Positions 27,773 to 38,527 of a stretch of 58,000 bases of DNA are shown here, piece by piece (position 1 is the stretch's first letter; each line of letters opens with the position of its first letter). Under the pieces are notes generated by a model. That model did not search any database. It saw nothing but the letters and a program-made list of their open reading frames with translations, and was not told the DNA's origin. The translations under genes and the position numbers were made by a program. This DNA comes from Kofleriaceae bacterium. GTDB lineage: Bacteria; Myxococcota_A; Polyangia; Haliangiales; Haliangiaceae. The stretch spans positions 1 to 58,000 of the forward strand of contig JBKJLC010000026.1 in assembly GCA_046597055.1 (NCBI GenBank). The letters are read 5' to 3'.

Positions 27773-30700
27773 TCACCAGGGCGCGCGGTAGTCCTCGAGG
27801 ATCAGGTACATCGGGATCAGGCCGTGGCCGCCGAACTGCTTCACCATGCGGAGCGAGTCGGCGATCCGGTCGATGAGCTCGCGGTGCTGCTCGACGTAGC
27901 CGGGGTTGGCCGCCAGCTTGGCCACCGCCTGCTGGCGGATCCCCGAGGCCTCCCGCTCGATCGAGCTGAGGAAACGACGCTCCCAGCTGTTGGCCGGGAC
28001 CTGCGCCGCGAGCTGGGCGTCGAAGGTGTCGACGTGGAGCTCGCGTCCGACGCACCGGAACAACGCCGCCACCTTGACGGGCGGGAGCTTGGCGTCGCGC
28101 GCGGCCGCGATCACGGCGAAGCCCTCGCGCAGCAGCGCCACCCGGGTCAGCCGGGCCGCCAGCTCGGGGCCGAAGCCGCGGCCGACCAGGTCGTGCTCGC
28201 GGGCGACGACCGCGAGCCGGGCCGGTTCATCGAGCGACGCGACCAGCGCGCCGGCCGCGGCGTCGAACTCGGGCTTGAGGCGCGCGACGTCCTCGGGTGC
28301 CAGCTTCCATGTGCGATCGTTCCAGAGCCACCAGCGCAGGAGGCTGCGGTTGACCTCCTCGAGCGCGAGCAGCGCGCTGTACTGCTCGCTGGCGGCCACC
28401 GCGTAGTCGCACGCGTGGATCGCGGTGCGCAGCGCCGGCCCCCCGATCAGCTCGTCGCAGATGAAGTAGCGAATGACCAGCTCGTCGAGCGGGTGGTTGG
28501 TCTCCTTGCTCAGCTGGACCAGCAGCGTCGATCCGGCCTGGTTGACGACCGCGTTGGTCGCGACCGTCGCGATGATCTCGCGGCGCAGCCGGTGCCGCGC
28601 GATCTCGGCGGCGTGGGTGTGCGCGAGCCGGCTGGGGAAGTAGGTCGTGAGCATCGGCTGGAACAGCGGCAGATCGGGGATCCGCGACGCCAGCACGCGG
28701 TCGAACAGATCGAGCTTGGTGTGCGCGACCAGCACCGCCAGCAGGTTGCGCGGCAACCCCTTGCCGGTGGCGAGCCAGCCGCGCAGCTCCTCGTCGACCG
28801 GGACGTGCTCGGCGGGGCGATTGAGGTGGTGCTTGTCGAGGTACTGCACGAGATCGAGGAACGGCTCGCCGTGCTTGAAGGTGCGCACCGACTCCATCGA
28901 CAGCAGCGCCGACTGCAGGTAGTTGTCCTGCACGCAGGCGCGCCCGACCTCGGGCTCGAGCTCGCGCAGCAGCCGATCGCGGGCCTCGCGGGTCATCCCG
29001 CCCGAGGCCATCAGGGGCGCGAACAGGATCTTGAGGTTGACCTCGTGGTCGCTGCAGTCGACCCCGGCCGAGTTGTCGATCGCGTCGGTGTTGCAGCGGC
29101 CGCCGTGCAGGCAGTACTCGGTGCGGGCGCGCTGGGTGATCGCGAGGTTGGCGCCCTCGCCGATCACTCGGGCCCGCAGCTCGGTGGCGGTGATCCGGAC
29201 GTGGTCGTTCACCTTGTCGCCGACCTCGCCGTGGCTCTCCGTGGTGGCCTTGACGTAGGTGCCGATGCCGCCAAACCACATCAGATCGACCTCGAGCGCG
29301 AGGATCGCGCGCACCAGGTCGGGGCCGGTGACGATCTTGGCCTGGAGCCCTAGCAGGGCGCGGGCCTCGGCCGACAGCGTGATCTCCTTGGCGGCGCGCT
29401 CGTACACGCCGCCGCCCTTGCCGAGCGCGGCGCGGGCGTAGTCGCTCCACTCGGTGCCGGGCGTGGTGAACAGCCGCTTGCGCTCGGCGTACGAGACCGC
29501 CGGGTCGGGCGTCGGGTCGATGAACACGTGCTTGTGGTTGAAGGCGGCGACCAGCGCGAGCTTGTCGTTCAGCAGCATGCCGTTGCCGAACACGTCGCCG
29601 CTCATGTCGCCGACGCCGGCGACGCGGATCGAGGTCGTGCGGATGTCGATCCCGAGCTCGCGGAAGTGGCGCTCGACGTTGGTCCAGCCGCCGCGCGAGG
29701 TGATGCCCATCGCCTTGTGGTCGTAGCCGGCCGAGCCGCCCGACGCGAACGCGTCGTCGAGCCAGAACTGGTAGCGCCGCGAGATCCCGTTGGCGGTGTC
29801 GCTGAGGTGGGCGGTGCCTTTGTCGGCCGCGACCACCAGGTAGGGATCGTCCTCGTCGTAGCGGACCACGCCGGGCGGTGGCGTGATGCCGGTGCCCTGG
29901 TAGTTGTCGGTGACGTCGAGCAGGCCGGCGATGAACACCTCGTACTGCTGGCGGGCCTCGTCGCGGCTGGCGCCCAGCTTCTTGGTCACGAAGCCGCCCT
30001 TGGAGCCGGTCGGCACGATGACCGTGTTCTTGAGCGTCTGCGTGCGCTGCAGGCCGAGCACCTCGGTGCGGAAGTCGTCGGCGCGATCGCTGTGGCGGAT
30101 GCCGCCGCGCGCGACCTTGCCGCCGCGCAGGTGGATGCCCTCGACGCCGGGCGCGTGCACGTAGATCTCGTAGAGCGGGCACGGCCGTGGCATGTGCTCG
30201 ATGAGGCCGGACTCGATCTTGATCGAGATCGTGTCGCCCCGACCGGGCCGGTAGTAGTTGGTGCGCCGGGTCGCCTCGAACAGGTCGATGAAGTACCGGA
30301 GGATGAGGTCCTCCTGGATCGCGGTGACCCCCTCGAGCTGCTCGTCGTACTTGTGCGCGATCGGCGGCAACAGCTGCTCGGCGCGGACCGCGGCCGACTC
30401 CGGCCGGTCGGTGCGGAACTTGGTCTCGAAGTACTCGACGAGCAGCGACGCGAACGACGGGTGCTTGAGCAGCGCGTCGTTGACCGTGTGCGTGCCGAAG
30501 CCCTGGAAGACCTGGACGAAGTAGTTGCGGTAGGTGATCAGCAGATCGATCTGACGCCAGTCGAGGCCGGCCAGGTAGCCGAGGCCAAGCAGACGATCGT
30601 CGGACAGGTTGCCGTCGAGCACGCGCTGGATGATCGCGCCCAGCCGGCGCAGGGTGTCCTCGTCCTCGATCCGGTGCCCGTCAGCGCCGCTGACCTCGAA

Positions 30701-32599
30701 GCCGGTGATGTACACCTCGGGGCCGGCGCCCTCGAGCCGGCCGGCCAGGCGGCTGGTCGTGCGCAGCGCCATCCGGTGCAGCGACGGCACCACGTCGTTG
30801 AGCAGCAGCTCGGTGCGCGACATGATGCGCAGCGAGGTGTGGCGCGCGGCGCCGGTGCCGAGCATCACCAGCGCGACCTGGAGCCCGCCGCTGGCCTCCA
30901 GCTTCTCGATGAGCCCGATGTCGTGCAGGGCGATCGCGGGGGCCAGCGCGCGCTGGTACGACTCCGGGAATCGCGAACCGTAGCGAGTCCAGATCTCCTG
31001 CGCCGACGCGGTGGTGGCCAGGTAGATCGACGAGCGCGACTTCGCGGTGCCGTCGCCGTTGCCGCGGTAGCGCTTGAACACCAGCCCGCGCAGCTGATCG
31101 CTCCAGCTCTCGAGCAGCCGCTCGAGCTCGCTGGTCAGGGTCTCGAGGTCGGCGTCGGTCACGTTCGGGCGGTACTTGCCGACCGTGAAGTGCAGCCGGA
31201 TCGGCGACTCGTCGTCGGTCTCCTGGCGGTAGTGGCGGAGGTTGGGCACGCCGAGGAATCGCCGGATCTGCTGCGACAGCTGCTCGCTCAGCGCCTCGGA
31301 GAACTGCATGCGCGGCACCACGCACACGACGGTGATGCGGCGGCCACGCGGGCGGCGCCACACGAACACCTGGGCCTGGTCGCGCGACTCGGCGAGCCGG
31401 AACTGGTTGGCGACGTCGCGGATCTCGTCGATGTGCCAGTAGAAGAGGTCCTCGACCGGGATCGAGTCGAGGATCGCGACGCTCTTGGTGTACGCGTAGC
31501 TGCCCGGCGGATCCTCGAGCCGCGACATCACCTCCTTGATGCGCTTGCTGACCACCGGCACCCGCCGGTTGGCGAGCTTGAGCGCCTTGGTCGACATCAG
31601 GCCGATGAAGACCTGCTCGCCGAGCGCGTTGCCGTCAGCGTCCAGCTGGGCGACGCCGAAGTAGCGCACCTGCGCGACCGAGCGCACGACCGTGACGTAG
31701 TCCGTGCGGTAGTACGAGTAGACCTCGCTGCGCGACCGGCGGGTCGCGACGATCTCGCCGATGACCTCCTCGAGGCTCTGGCGCTCGGGCGCGGCGAACA
31801 GGCCGAGCCCGCGCTCGGGCCCGCCGCCGCGGGGGAACCACGCGTAGCCGATGATGATGAAGTTGTCGTCCTTCAGCCAGTCGATCAGCTCGACCGCCTC
31901 GCCCGCCTCGACCTCGCGCTGGGTCGGCGGTGAGGTCGACACCGCGCGCGCGATCATGGCGCGCGGGATCGGCTGGGACTCGCGCGGGCTGGGCCCGGTG
32001 GGATCGTGGCCGGAGACCGTGCACAGGACCGCGCGGGTCTCGTTGAGGCGCGTCATCATCGCGCGGCGGTCGCGGTTGACCAGCAGGGTGAGCTCGAGCC
32101 GGCGCGCGAGGTCTTGCCGCAGCGCCTCGCGCTTGTCGGCGGGCACCGCCGACACCTGCATGTAGACCTGCGAGTACTTGGTGCCGCGCGCGGCATCGAT
32201 CCCGGTGATCTCGGCGTGGTCGTGGACCACGCCGTGGATCGGATGCAGCACGAACTGCAGCGCGAGCCCCTGCTGGCGCAGGAACGACTTGATCGTGCGG
32301 ATGACGAACGCGCAGTCTGGCAGCCGGGTCTCGATGACCATCGACGCCGTCTCGTCGGTCACCAGGGTGGTCTCGACGTCGTGGATCGCCACCTTCACCG
32401 TGCGAGCGAAGTCCTCCTCGAGGAAGGCGAACCGCTCCATCACGAACGCGAGGATCACGCGCGGCTCGACCTCGCTCAGCACCTCCGGCGGGATCGCCCG
32501 GCAGTACGCGCGGATGTACGACTCGAGCCGATCACGGTGCGTCTCCTTGACCGACTGATGAGCCAGCGCAAGGACTTGCTCGACGACCTCAGACTGCAT
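27773..32599 (-). CDS. gdhB: Large NAD-specific glutamate dehydrogenase
   Basis: ~1600 aa; EGIHLRGGKVARGGIRHSDR, IVPTGSKGGF, DDPYLVVAADKGTA, GVGDMSGDVFGNGML, NTDAIDNSAGVDCSDHEVNLKI. Confidence 0.96.
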   Translation of the reverse strand: MQSEVVEQVLALAHQSVKETHRDRLESYIRAYCRAIPPEVLSEVEPRVILAFVMERFAFLEEDFARTVKVAIHDVETTLVTDETASMVIETRLPDCAFVIRTIKSFLRQQGLALQFVLHPIHGVVHDHAEITGIDAARGTKYSQVYMQVSAVPADKREALRQDLARRLELTLLVNRDRRAMMTRLNETRAVLCTVSGHDPTGPSPRESQPIPRAMIARAVSTSPPTQREVEAGEAVELIDWLKDDNFIIIGYAWFPRGGGPERGLGLFAAPERQSLEEVIGEIVATRRSRSEVYSYYRTDYVTVVRSVAQVRYFGVAQLDADGNALGEQVFIGLMSTKALKLANRRVPVVSKRIKEVMSRLEDPPGSYAYTKSVAILDSIPVEDLFYWHIDEIRDVANQFRLAESRDQAQVFVWRRPRGRRITVVCVVPRMQFSEALSEQLSQQIRRFLGVPNLRHYRQETDDESPIRLHFTVGKYRPNVTDADLETLTSELERLLESWSDQLRGLVFKRYRGNGDGTAKSRSSIYLATTASAQEIWTRYGSRFPESYQRALAPAIALHDIGLIEKLEASGGLQVALVMLGTGAARHTSLRIMSRTELLLNDVVPSLHRMALRTTSRLAGRLEGAGPEVYITGFEVSGADGHRIEDEDTLRRLGAIIQRVLDGNLSDDRLLGLGYLAGLDWRQIDLLITYRNYFVQVFQGFGTHTVNDALLKHPSFASLLVEYFETKFRTDRPESAAVRAEQLLPPIAHKYDEQLEGVTAIQEDLILRYFIDLFEATRRTNYYRPGRGDTISIKIESGLIEHMPRPCPLYEIYVHAPGVEGIHLRGGKVARGGIRHSDRADDFRTEVLGLQRTQTLKNTVIVPTGSKGGFVTKKLGASRDEARQQYEVFIAGLLDVTDNYQGTGITPPPGVVRYDEDDPYLVVAADKGTAHLSDTANGISRRYQFWLDDAFASGGSAGYDHKAMGITSRGGWTNVERHFRELGIDIRTTSIRVAGVGDMSGDVFGNGMLLNDKLALVAAFNHKHVFIDPTPDPAVSYAERKRLFTTPGTEWSDYARAALGKGGGVYERAAKEITLSAEARALLGLQAKIVTGPDLVRAILALEVDLMWFGGIGTYVKATTESHGEVGDKVNDHVRITATELRARVIGEGANLAITQRARTEYCLHGGRCNTDAIDNSAGVDCSDHEVNLKILFAPLMASGGMTREARDRLLRELEPEVGRACVQDNYLQSALLSMESVRTFKHGEPFLDLVQYLDKHHLNRPAEHVPVDEELRGWLATGKGLPRNLLAVLVAHTKLDLFDRVLASRIPDLPLFQPMLTTYFPSRLAHTHAAEIARHRLRREIIATVATNAVVNQAGSTLLVQLSKETNHPLDELVIRYFICDELIGGPALRTAIHACDYAVAASEQYSALLALEEVNRSLLRWWLWNDRTWKLAPEDVARLKPEFDAAAGALVASLDEPARLAVVAREHDLVGRGFGPELAARLTRVALLREGFAVIAAARDAKLPPVKVAALFRCVGRELHVDTFDAQLAAQVPANSWERRFLSSIEREASGIRQQAVAKLAANPGYVEQHRELIDRIADSLRMVKQFGGHGLIPMYLILEDYRAPW

Positions 32600-32888
32600 G
32601 GCCGACGACGTTAGCAGAGTCGCGCGGCCCACCCCGGCCGCGAGCCGGCGCATCCGGATCGTGACACGAGCGCACGCGTGTCATGGCGTTCTGACGCACC
32701 TCGTCACGCGTGACGGGCCGGCGGCGGCGTTGACGATCGCAGGTCGGTGCCGGTGCTCTACACGATTTTCATCCGCGATCTGAAGTGCGTGCGCTGGGAC
32801 GCGCCGGCGGAGGACCGCGCCGACCCGACCGCCCCGGCCGCGGTGACCGACGCCTGACCGGCGCTGATCGCGCCGGGCGTCGCGTCGG

Positions 32889-34352
32889 CTACCGGCAGGC
32901 GGCGCCCTGGATGACCGTCACGCTGGTGCCGTCGGGCTGGACCACGTCGGCATCGACGATGCACTGGCCGGCGTCGATGGTGGCGCCGTGCTGCGCCGGC
33001 GTGGTGCTGATCGACATGCGGCCGACCCCGACCTGGACCTGGCTGACGCCGTTGGCCTGGAGGTAGCGCAGGCTCGGGATGCTGGGGTCGGCGCCGACGC
33101 CGGCGAACAGCACGCGGCTCACGCCGTAGGGCGCGTCGTCGCCGAGCGCGGCCCGGTCGAGGTCGAGCTGGAGGTCCAGCTTGGGCGAGAAGCCGACCAC
33201 CGGCGCGTCGGCAGCGCCGGTGAACCGGAGGTCGAGCTTGCGGCCGTCGGCCGCGTTCAGGTCGATCGCCGCGGCCTGACGACCGTCGATCTTGACGATC
33301 GTGGTGCGCGCGCCCAGGCCCAGGCCGGTGATCTGCGGCGGCTGGCCCGCGGTGAACGCGGCCGTCCCCGACAGGCCGGGCAGGTCGACCTCGAGCTTGC
33401 GGTCGACGGCCTCGTCGGTGAGGCCATCGATCGGCGCCGCCAGGGTGGTGGCCCCGACGTCGGCGGCCACCGTGAGCGCGCGCGTGGTCCCGTTGGCGTC
33501 GACCGCAATGAGGGCGGGGGCGACCGCGGTCGTGAACACGACCGCGCCGTCGACGTCGGAGACGCTGACCTTCACGGCCTCCTTCACGCTGCCTGCGAAG
33601 CGGACGTGGGCGTCGGCCTTCACCTCGAGCCGCGCGGCCAGCACGCCGGCGAGCTCGATCGCCGGCAGGTCGTCGACCTCGAACAGCTTGCTGATGGCGA
33701 TGATGGCCTCGCCGGTCGCGCCCAGGTCGAGCTCGGCCGAGACGCTATCGGGGACCAGCGTGATCGACAGCGGCGCGATCTTGGTCGGCCCGAGCAGCAG
33801 CTCGAGGTCGAGCCCGTCGTCGCCGTTGTACGCGGCCTTGACGCGGATCTCGGCGCGGTCGACGTCGGCGACGCACGCCGCGATCGCTTCGGCGGGCAGC
33901 GGCTCACCGTCGAAGTCCTCGGTCTCGCACAGCGCGGCGCCGCGCAGGCGGAACACGCCCTCGCTCTCCTGGTTGGCGTCGCTGAACACTTGCTCGTTCA
34001 GCTGCTTCACCAGCCAGGCGCTGTCGACGAAGCCGTCGTCGTTGAGATCGCTGTCGTCGGCGCGCAGGGCGAGGCGCGATGGCGCACGCTCGAGGTCGTC
34101 GAGATCGCCGTCATCTTCATCCACGCCGAGGTCGAGCGCGGGAATCAGCCGATCGAGCATACCGAGGCCTCGCTCGAGCTGGTCGGTGTCGGGCTCGGCG
34201 CCTTCGATCGCGGCCGCGGTCTGGTCGACGATCCGCGGGACGACCGCGGAGATCCGGGACCGGACCCCGGCGGGCTCCACGTCGGGCGAGCACGCGGCGG
34301 TACCCAGGGCAGTCAGTGAGGCAAGGAGGAGGGTCGAGGCAGGTAGACGCAT
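32889..34352 (-). CDS. Hypothetical beta-rich lipoprotein
   Basis: Lipobox TAAC and a long ORF with strong GC3 bias. Confidence 0.75.
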   Translation of the reverse strand: MRLPASTLLLASLTALGTAACSPDVEPAGVRSRISAVVPRIVDQTAAAIEGAEPDTDQLERGLGMLDRLIPALDLGVDEDDGDLDDLERAPSRLALRADDSDLNDDGFVDSAWLVKQLNEQVFSDANQESEGVFRLRGAALCETEDFDGEPLPAEAIAACVADVDRAEIRVKAAYNGDDGLDLELLLGPTKIAPLSITLVPDSVSAELDLGATGEAIIAISKLFEVDDLPAIELAGVLAARLEVKADAHVRFAGSVKEAVKVSVSDVDGAVVFTTAVAPALIAVDANGTTRALTVAADVGATTLAAPIDGLTDEAVDRKLEVDLPGLSGTAAFTAGQPPQITGLGLGARTTIVKIDGRQAAAIDLNAADGRKLDLRFTGAADAPVVGFSPKLDLQLDLDRAALGDDAPYGVSRVLFAGVGADPSIPSLRYLQANGVSQVQVGVGRMSISTTPAQHGATIDAGQCIVDADVVQPDGTSVTVIQGAACR

Positions 34353-34617
34353 GAGGATAGGCTCCAGGGGAGGGTGAAGAGTCGTGGGTCGCCTCTTCAC
34401 GCCTCGTGCCACCCGCGCTGGCGCGCGCGCGATCCGCGCACTTGCGTCGCATCCGTGCCTGCGAGCACGGCGACCGTGCCCGGCCGTTCACGATCGCTCA
34501 CCGCGCAGCGGTGCAATCTCGGGCGGCGGCGCCGGTCGGGCGTCCAGGACTCCACGCCCGACCTGACAGGCCCGTCCGGATCTCGTCGCCTCGCGCGGCC
34601 GCGCCGTGCGGCTCACG

Positions 34618-35061
34618 TCACAGGCGACGTCGGGCCGCGTTCCGGCGCCGGGCCGCCGCGGCGACCTCGGTCGTGACCACGGTCTTGCCGACCGGCGCGA
34701 GCGCGCAGACCGCCAGCTTCAGGTGCTGGATGCCGAACGGGATGCCGATGATCGTCAGGCAGCTCGCGACCGCCGACGTGACGTGGCCGATCGCGAGCCA
34801 GACGCCGGCGACCAGGAACCAGACGATGTTGCCGACCAGGCCGAGCCCGCCGGTGCCGAGATCGTCGTGGCCGGTCAGCTCCTTGCGGTCGATCGACTCG
34901 CGGCCGAACGGCGTGAAGCAGAAGCTCCCCAAGACGAAGCAGGCGCGCGCCCACGGGATGCCGATGATCGTCACCAGCATGAGGAGCCCGGCGAGCCACC
35001 AGCCCAGCCCCATGACGAGGCCACCGAAGACGAACCAGATGAGATTCGCGATTGTCCGCAT
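34618..35061 (-). CDS. yccF: YccF-domain inner membrane protein
   Basis: Two repeats of NLIWFVFGG..TIIGIP(W/F). Confidence 0.92.
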   Translation of the reverse strand: MRTIANLIWFVFGGLVMGLGWWLAGLLMLVTIIGIPWARACFVLGSFCFTPFGRESIDRKELTGHDDLGTGGLGLVGNIVWFLVAGVWLAIGHVTSAVASCLTIIGIPFGIQHLKLAVCALAPVGKTVVTTEVAAAARRRNAARRRL

Positions 35062-35133
35062 GCGTCCGCCTCGCACGAGCTTGTAGCGCGCGGACCCCGC
35101 CGTTGCCAGGATCGTGCGGCCCCCCCGAACGCA

Positions 35134-35169
35134 CGACGGCCCGGATCCATGCGCGGATCCGGGCCGTCG
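35134..35169. terminator. Perfect 15-bp inverted repeat (terminator-like)
   Basis: CGACGGCCCGGATCC-atgcgc-GGATCCGGGCCGTCG just past the stop of 35187-35732; no U tract. Confidence 0.5.
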
Positions 35170-35186
35170 GGACGAGGTAGCGGGGG

Positions 35187-35732
35187 CTACAGGCCGATCG
35201 GGAACTTGGGGAACTTGAAGACGCGGACCGGCCGCACGAACGTCTGCCAGTTCGTGTAGGGGGTGCCGTAGGCGGTCACCTGGAAGACGACCGCCAGGCT
35301 GCCGCCTTCGACGCGGAACCACACCCGGGTCGGGTTGGCACCGCCGGTGGTGGTGTCGGCGTACAGCCAGCCTTCCCCGCCCTCGGTCAGGGCGAGCGGC
35401 TGGCCGAAGTAGGTCTCGGCCGGCCCGGTGAAGCTGCCATACGTCTCGCCGACGCTGACCTTGAGGATCTGCTTCACGCCCGAGGTCTGCGAGCAGACGG
35501 TCTCGCCGCCCTCGGGGCGGCACTCGACCTCCGGGGCGGCGACGCAGTCCGCGCTGACGGTGATCTGTCCGAGCGCGTAGCTTTGCTGGGCCGGGTAGGT
35601 CGGCGCCGTGCCGCTGACGACCCACGTGCCTTTGAACGAGGGCTCGATGCACTGCGAGGCATGGGCCTGGGACGCGCCCACCGAGCAGAGCAGAACCGTC
35701 GCGAACAACATTGCAGTCTTGGTCTTGGTCAT
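35187..35732 (-). CDS. Hypothetical secreted protein
   Basis: RBS GAGGA, signal peptide ending AHA, Cys pairs. Confidence 0.75.
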   Translation of the reverse strand: MTKTKTAMLFATVLLCSVGASQAHASQCIEPSFKGTWVVSGTAPTYPAQQSYALGQITVSADCVAAPEVECRPEGGETVCSQTSGVKQILKVSVGETYGSFTGPAETYFGQPLALTEGGEGWLYADTTTGGANPTRVWFRVEGGSLAVVFQVTAYGTPYTNWQTFVRPVRVFKFPKFPIGL

Positions 35733-35979
35733 TGAAGTGATCCTCGTGGGGATGGGGAGAGAGAGGCGGTGAAGCTGAGACGACCTTGCGCCGCACGCCG
35801 GCGAACGGTCAACGCCACCGCCGCCGCGTGCCTCCCGCTACCCGCGGGTGCCGCGGTTGGACATCCCGGGGTAAGGACGGCACGCAGGCCGGCCAACGTT
35901 GGTGCGACCGGCGCGACCGCCATGCAGCGGATGATCGGGCGGCTTGGCGTGGCCAGCCGGGTCTGGCACGGTGGGCGCG

Positions 35980-36834
35980 ATGACGCCTGACGAGCTACTC
36001 GGCCGCCGTGTGACGTTGCGCCTCCGGCGGTTCGCGCCGGGCGGCGCGTTCCTCGCGATCGACGACGCCGTCGATGGCGAGACCCTCCTCTTGCCCGAGC
36101 GCGAGATCCCGGTCGGGGCCCGCGAGGGCGACCCGGTGCCGGTGTTCGTCTACCTCGACTCCGAGGAGCGGCCGATCGCGACCACCCGCGAGCCCCGGCT
36201 GGCGCTCGGCGAGGTCACCTTCCTCGCGGTGACCGCGACCACCGAGTTCGGCGCGTTCGTCGACTGGGGCCTGGGCAAGGAGCTGCTGGTGCCGTTCGCG
36301 CAGCAGTCCAAGGAGCTGTACGTCGGCGAGCGTCAGCCGATCGGGCTGTACCTCGACAAGAGCCGGCGGCTGGCCGGCACGATGTACGTGACTGACCTGC
36401 TCGACCGCCGGCCGCGCGCGTGCGAGCTCGACGAGGAGCTGATCGGCGAGGCCTGGCGCAACGATCCCGACATCGGCCTGTTCGTGATCATCGAGCGCAC
36501 GTTCGTGGGGTTGGTTCCGGCCACCGAGCCCCACGACCTCCGGCGTGGCGACGCCGTGCGCTGCCGGGTGATGGAGATCCTGCCCGACGGCAAGATCGTG
36601 CTGTCGCTGCGCCGGCATGCCCACCAGGAGCTCGAGGGCGACGCGGCCAAGATCCTGGCGGCGGTGGCCCGACCGGGCGCGCCGCGGCTGTCGTCGCGGG
36701 CGAGCCCCGAGGAGATCCGGGACCGGTTCGTGCTGAGCAAGAAGGCGTTCAAGCGCGCGGTCGGGAAGCTGCTCAAGGATCAGTCGGTCACGATCGATGC
36801 CGACGGATACCTGGTCCCGGCTCGCCCCGCGTGA
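35980..36834 (+). CDS. cvfB: CvfB/YitL-family S1 RNA-binding protein
   Basis: VFVYLDSEERPIATT, FGAFVDWGLGKELLVP, and a C-terminal winged helix SPEEIRDRFVLSKKAFKRAVGKL. Confidence 0.92.
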   Translation: MTPDELLGRRVTLRLRRFAPGGAFLAIDDAVDGETLLLPEREIPVGAREGDPVPVFVYLDSEERPIATTREPRLALGEVTFLAVTATTEFGAFVDWGLGKELLVPFAQQSKELYVGERQPIGLYLDKSRRLAGTMYVTDLLDRRPRACELDEELIGEAWRNDPDIGLFVIIERTFVGLVPATEPHDLRRGDAVRCRVMEILPDGKIVLSLRRHAHQELEGDAAKILAAVARPGAPRLSSRASPEEIRDRFVLSKKAFKRAVGKLLKDQSVTIDADGYLVPARPA

Positions 36835-36852
36835 ACCAGCCTGGCCCCAGGG

Positions 36853-37191
36853 CTACCCCTCGAGCTTCTCGATGATCAGCTCGACGAACTCGTTCTTGTC
36901 GAGGTCGCGGTAGGAGTAGCTCTCCTCGAACCACCTGGCGACCACGTCGGTCTGGCCCTCCTTCATCATCGCGGGCACCGTGCCGCGCCCGCTGATCGCG
37001 AGCAGCCGGCCGATGACGGCGTCGGCGTTCACGTGGTCGGCGTAGCGCTTGCGGAGCCAGGTGAAGAGCAGATAGATGAGGGCGGGGTCCGCGTTCTCGA
37101 CGAGCGCGAACGAATCGTTGGCGCTCATCGTGCCTTCCTCGATGCCTTCGAGGATGCGAAGTGCGGCGCGCTGGTGTTGCTCGAGTCCCAT
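36853..37191 (-). CDS. Hypothetical protein
   Basis: Compact ORF with protein-like composition and GC3 bias. Confidence 0.75.
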   Translation of the reverse strand: MGLEQHQRAALRILEGIEEGTMSANDSFALVENADPALIYLLFTWLRKRYADHVNADAVIGRLLAISGRGTVPAMMKEGQTDVVARWFEESYSYRDLDKNEFVELIIEKLEG

Positions 37192-37440
37192 GGCGGTGAT
37201 CTAGCACCGGCGCTCCCACGAGCCGGCATGAAGGGAGCGGAAATGTCGGCTTTCGTCGACGGCGGACGCGCTCCCTACGCGGGCGGCCTGAACCGGGTTG
37301 CGCCCAGGTCGCCGCGGTCGCTGGACAGCGAATCCAGCGACTTGCGGCGGTGAGCGGGTCCACGCCGGGCCCTGCGAGGTCGGCGCACCCTGGTTCGGTG
37401 GGTGCACGTCGTCCGCGGCGGACTGCCGGCGCGGCGTCGA

Positions 37441-38490
37441 TCAGCGCGCGGTCGCGTCGGCCGAGGTGACGAAGTGGACGGCGACGCCGGCCGCGGCGGC
37501 GCGGGCGGTGATGGTGCGCAGCGCGCTGCGGACCCGCGGCAGGTAGTCGGCCGCGGTCTCCTGGTGGAAGCCGATGCTGACCACCCGCGCGCGGGTCGGG
37601 TCGCGCAGGTAGGCGGCCACGGCGCCGTCGAAGGTCGCGACCATCTCGCTGGCGGTCACGTAATCGGCCAGCGCGCCGTTGTCGACGATCTCGATGAGCG
37701 TGCCGGTGCCGGCGCGGATCTGGTAGGGCTGGGTGCTGGCGGTGGTGCCGTTCCACAGGCCACGCACCGAGGCGAGCAGCGGCAGCCCGACCAGCTCGTC
37801 GGACAGCGGCGCCGGCGGCACCGCCGAGTGATCGTAGACGAAGCCGCTGTCGAGGAGCGCCCCACGCACGGTCGCGCTGGCCAGCCAGCCGCCAGCGCGG
37901 AAGCTGGTGGCGCGACCGAAGCCCTGCTGCTGCAGCTTGGTCAGGCTGAACGCGAGCACGGCGCGGAGCTCGGCCCGCGTGTACGCCGAGATCGGCACCT
38001 CGTGGCCGCAGTCGTCGACGCACTCGGCGGCGGTCAGCGCCGTGCCCCAGAAGGTCGGGCGCGTGCGGAACGTGACGCCGGCGGCCTCGAACAGCCGCTT
38101 CCAGCCGTGGAGGTGCAGGCCGAGCTCGTCACCGGCGCGGAGCGTGCGCTTGATCGACCGGGTCACCGCGGCGGCCGAGACGCCGGCCTTCGTGTAGTAG
38201 GCCGCGTTCAGGAAGTGCACGAGCGGGACCGCGGGGAACTGGCTGCGAAAGGTCTCGATCGCGGCGAGGTTCTCGCTGGCCAGATCGGCGCCCTCCCAGT
38301 CGACGGTGACGACCACCCGGATGCCCGGCTCGCGCGCGGCGTCCCGGGTGGTGGCGGCGGTGGCGGGGTCGGCCGCGGGCTCGGCCGCGTCGGCCCGATC
38401 GGCCGGGTCGGGCTCGGCGGCGGTGCAGGCAGACAGGAGCGCGGTGGCGAGGAAGAGGAGCGAGGCGGCGGTGCGCAGGCGGGGCGTCAT
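37441..38490 (-). CDS. Polysaccharide deacetylase (CE4/NodB-like) lipoprotein
   Basis: Lipobox LSAC, VTVDWEG, ELGLHLH, SFRAGGW, DHS, IGFH. Confidence 0.8.
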   Translation of the reverse strand: MTPRLRTAASLLFLATALLSACTAAEPDPADRADAAEPAADPATAATTRDAAREPGIRVVVTVDWEGADLASENLAAIETFRSQFPAVPLVHFLNAAYYTKAGVSAAAVTRSIKRTLRAGDELGLHLHGWKRLFEAAGVTFRTRPTFWGTALTAAECVDDCGHEVPISAYTRAELRAVLAFSLTKLQQQGFGRATSFRAGGWLASATVRGALLDSGFVYDHSAVPPAPLSDELVGLPLLASVRGLWNGTTASTQPYQIRAGTGTLIEIVDNGALADYVTASEMVATFDGAVAAYLRDPTRARVVSIGFHQETAADYLPRVRSALRTITARAAAAGVAVHFVTSADATAR

Positions 38491-38527
38491 GGCTGCCGCC
38501 TGGTAGCACGGGCGCCGCTTGCCATGA

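Noticed and set aside
27824..31933. Long antisense/alternative-frame ORFs over gdhB, and similar ones such as 20170-22368, 45711-47525 and 51073-52917
   Set aside because: Shadow ORFs expected at very high GC; Arg/Ala/Pro-rich with no motifs.
27692..37223. Shared 13-mer CGCTCCCACGAGC upstream of two minus-strand genes (near 27692 and 37211)
   Set aside because: Only two copies at different distances from the starts; plausible by chance in GC-rich DNA.
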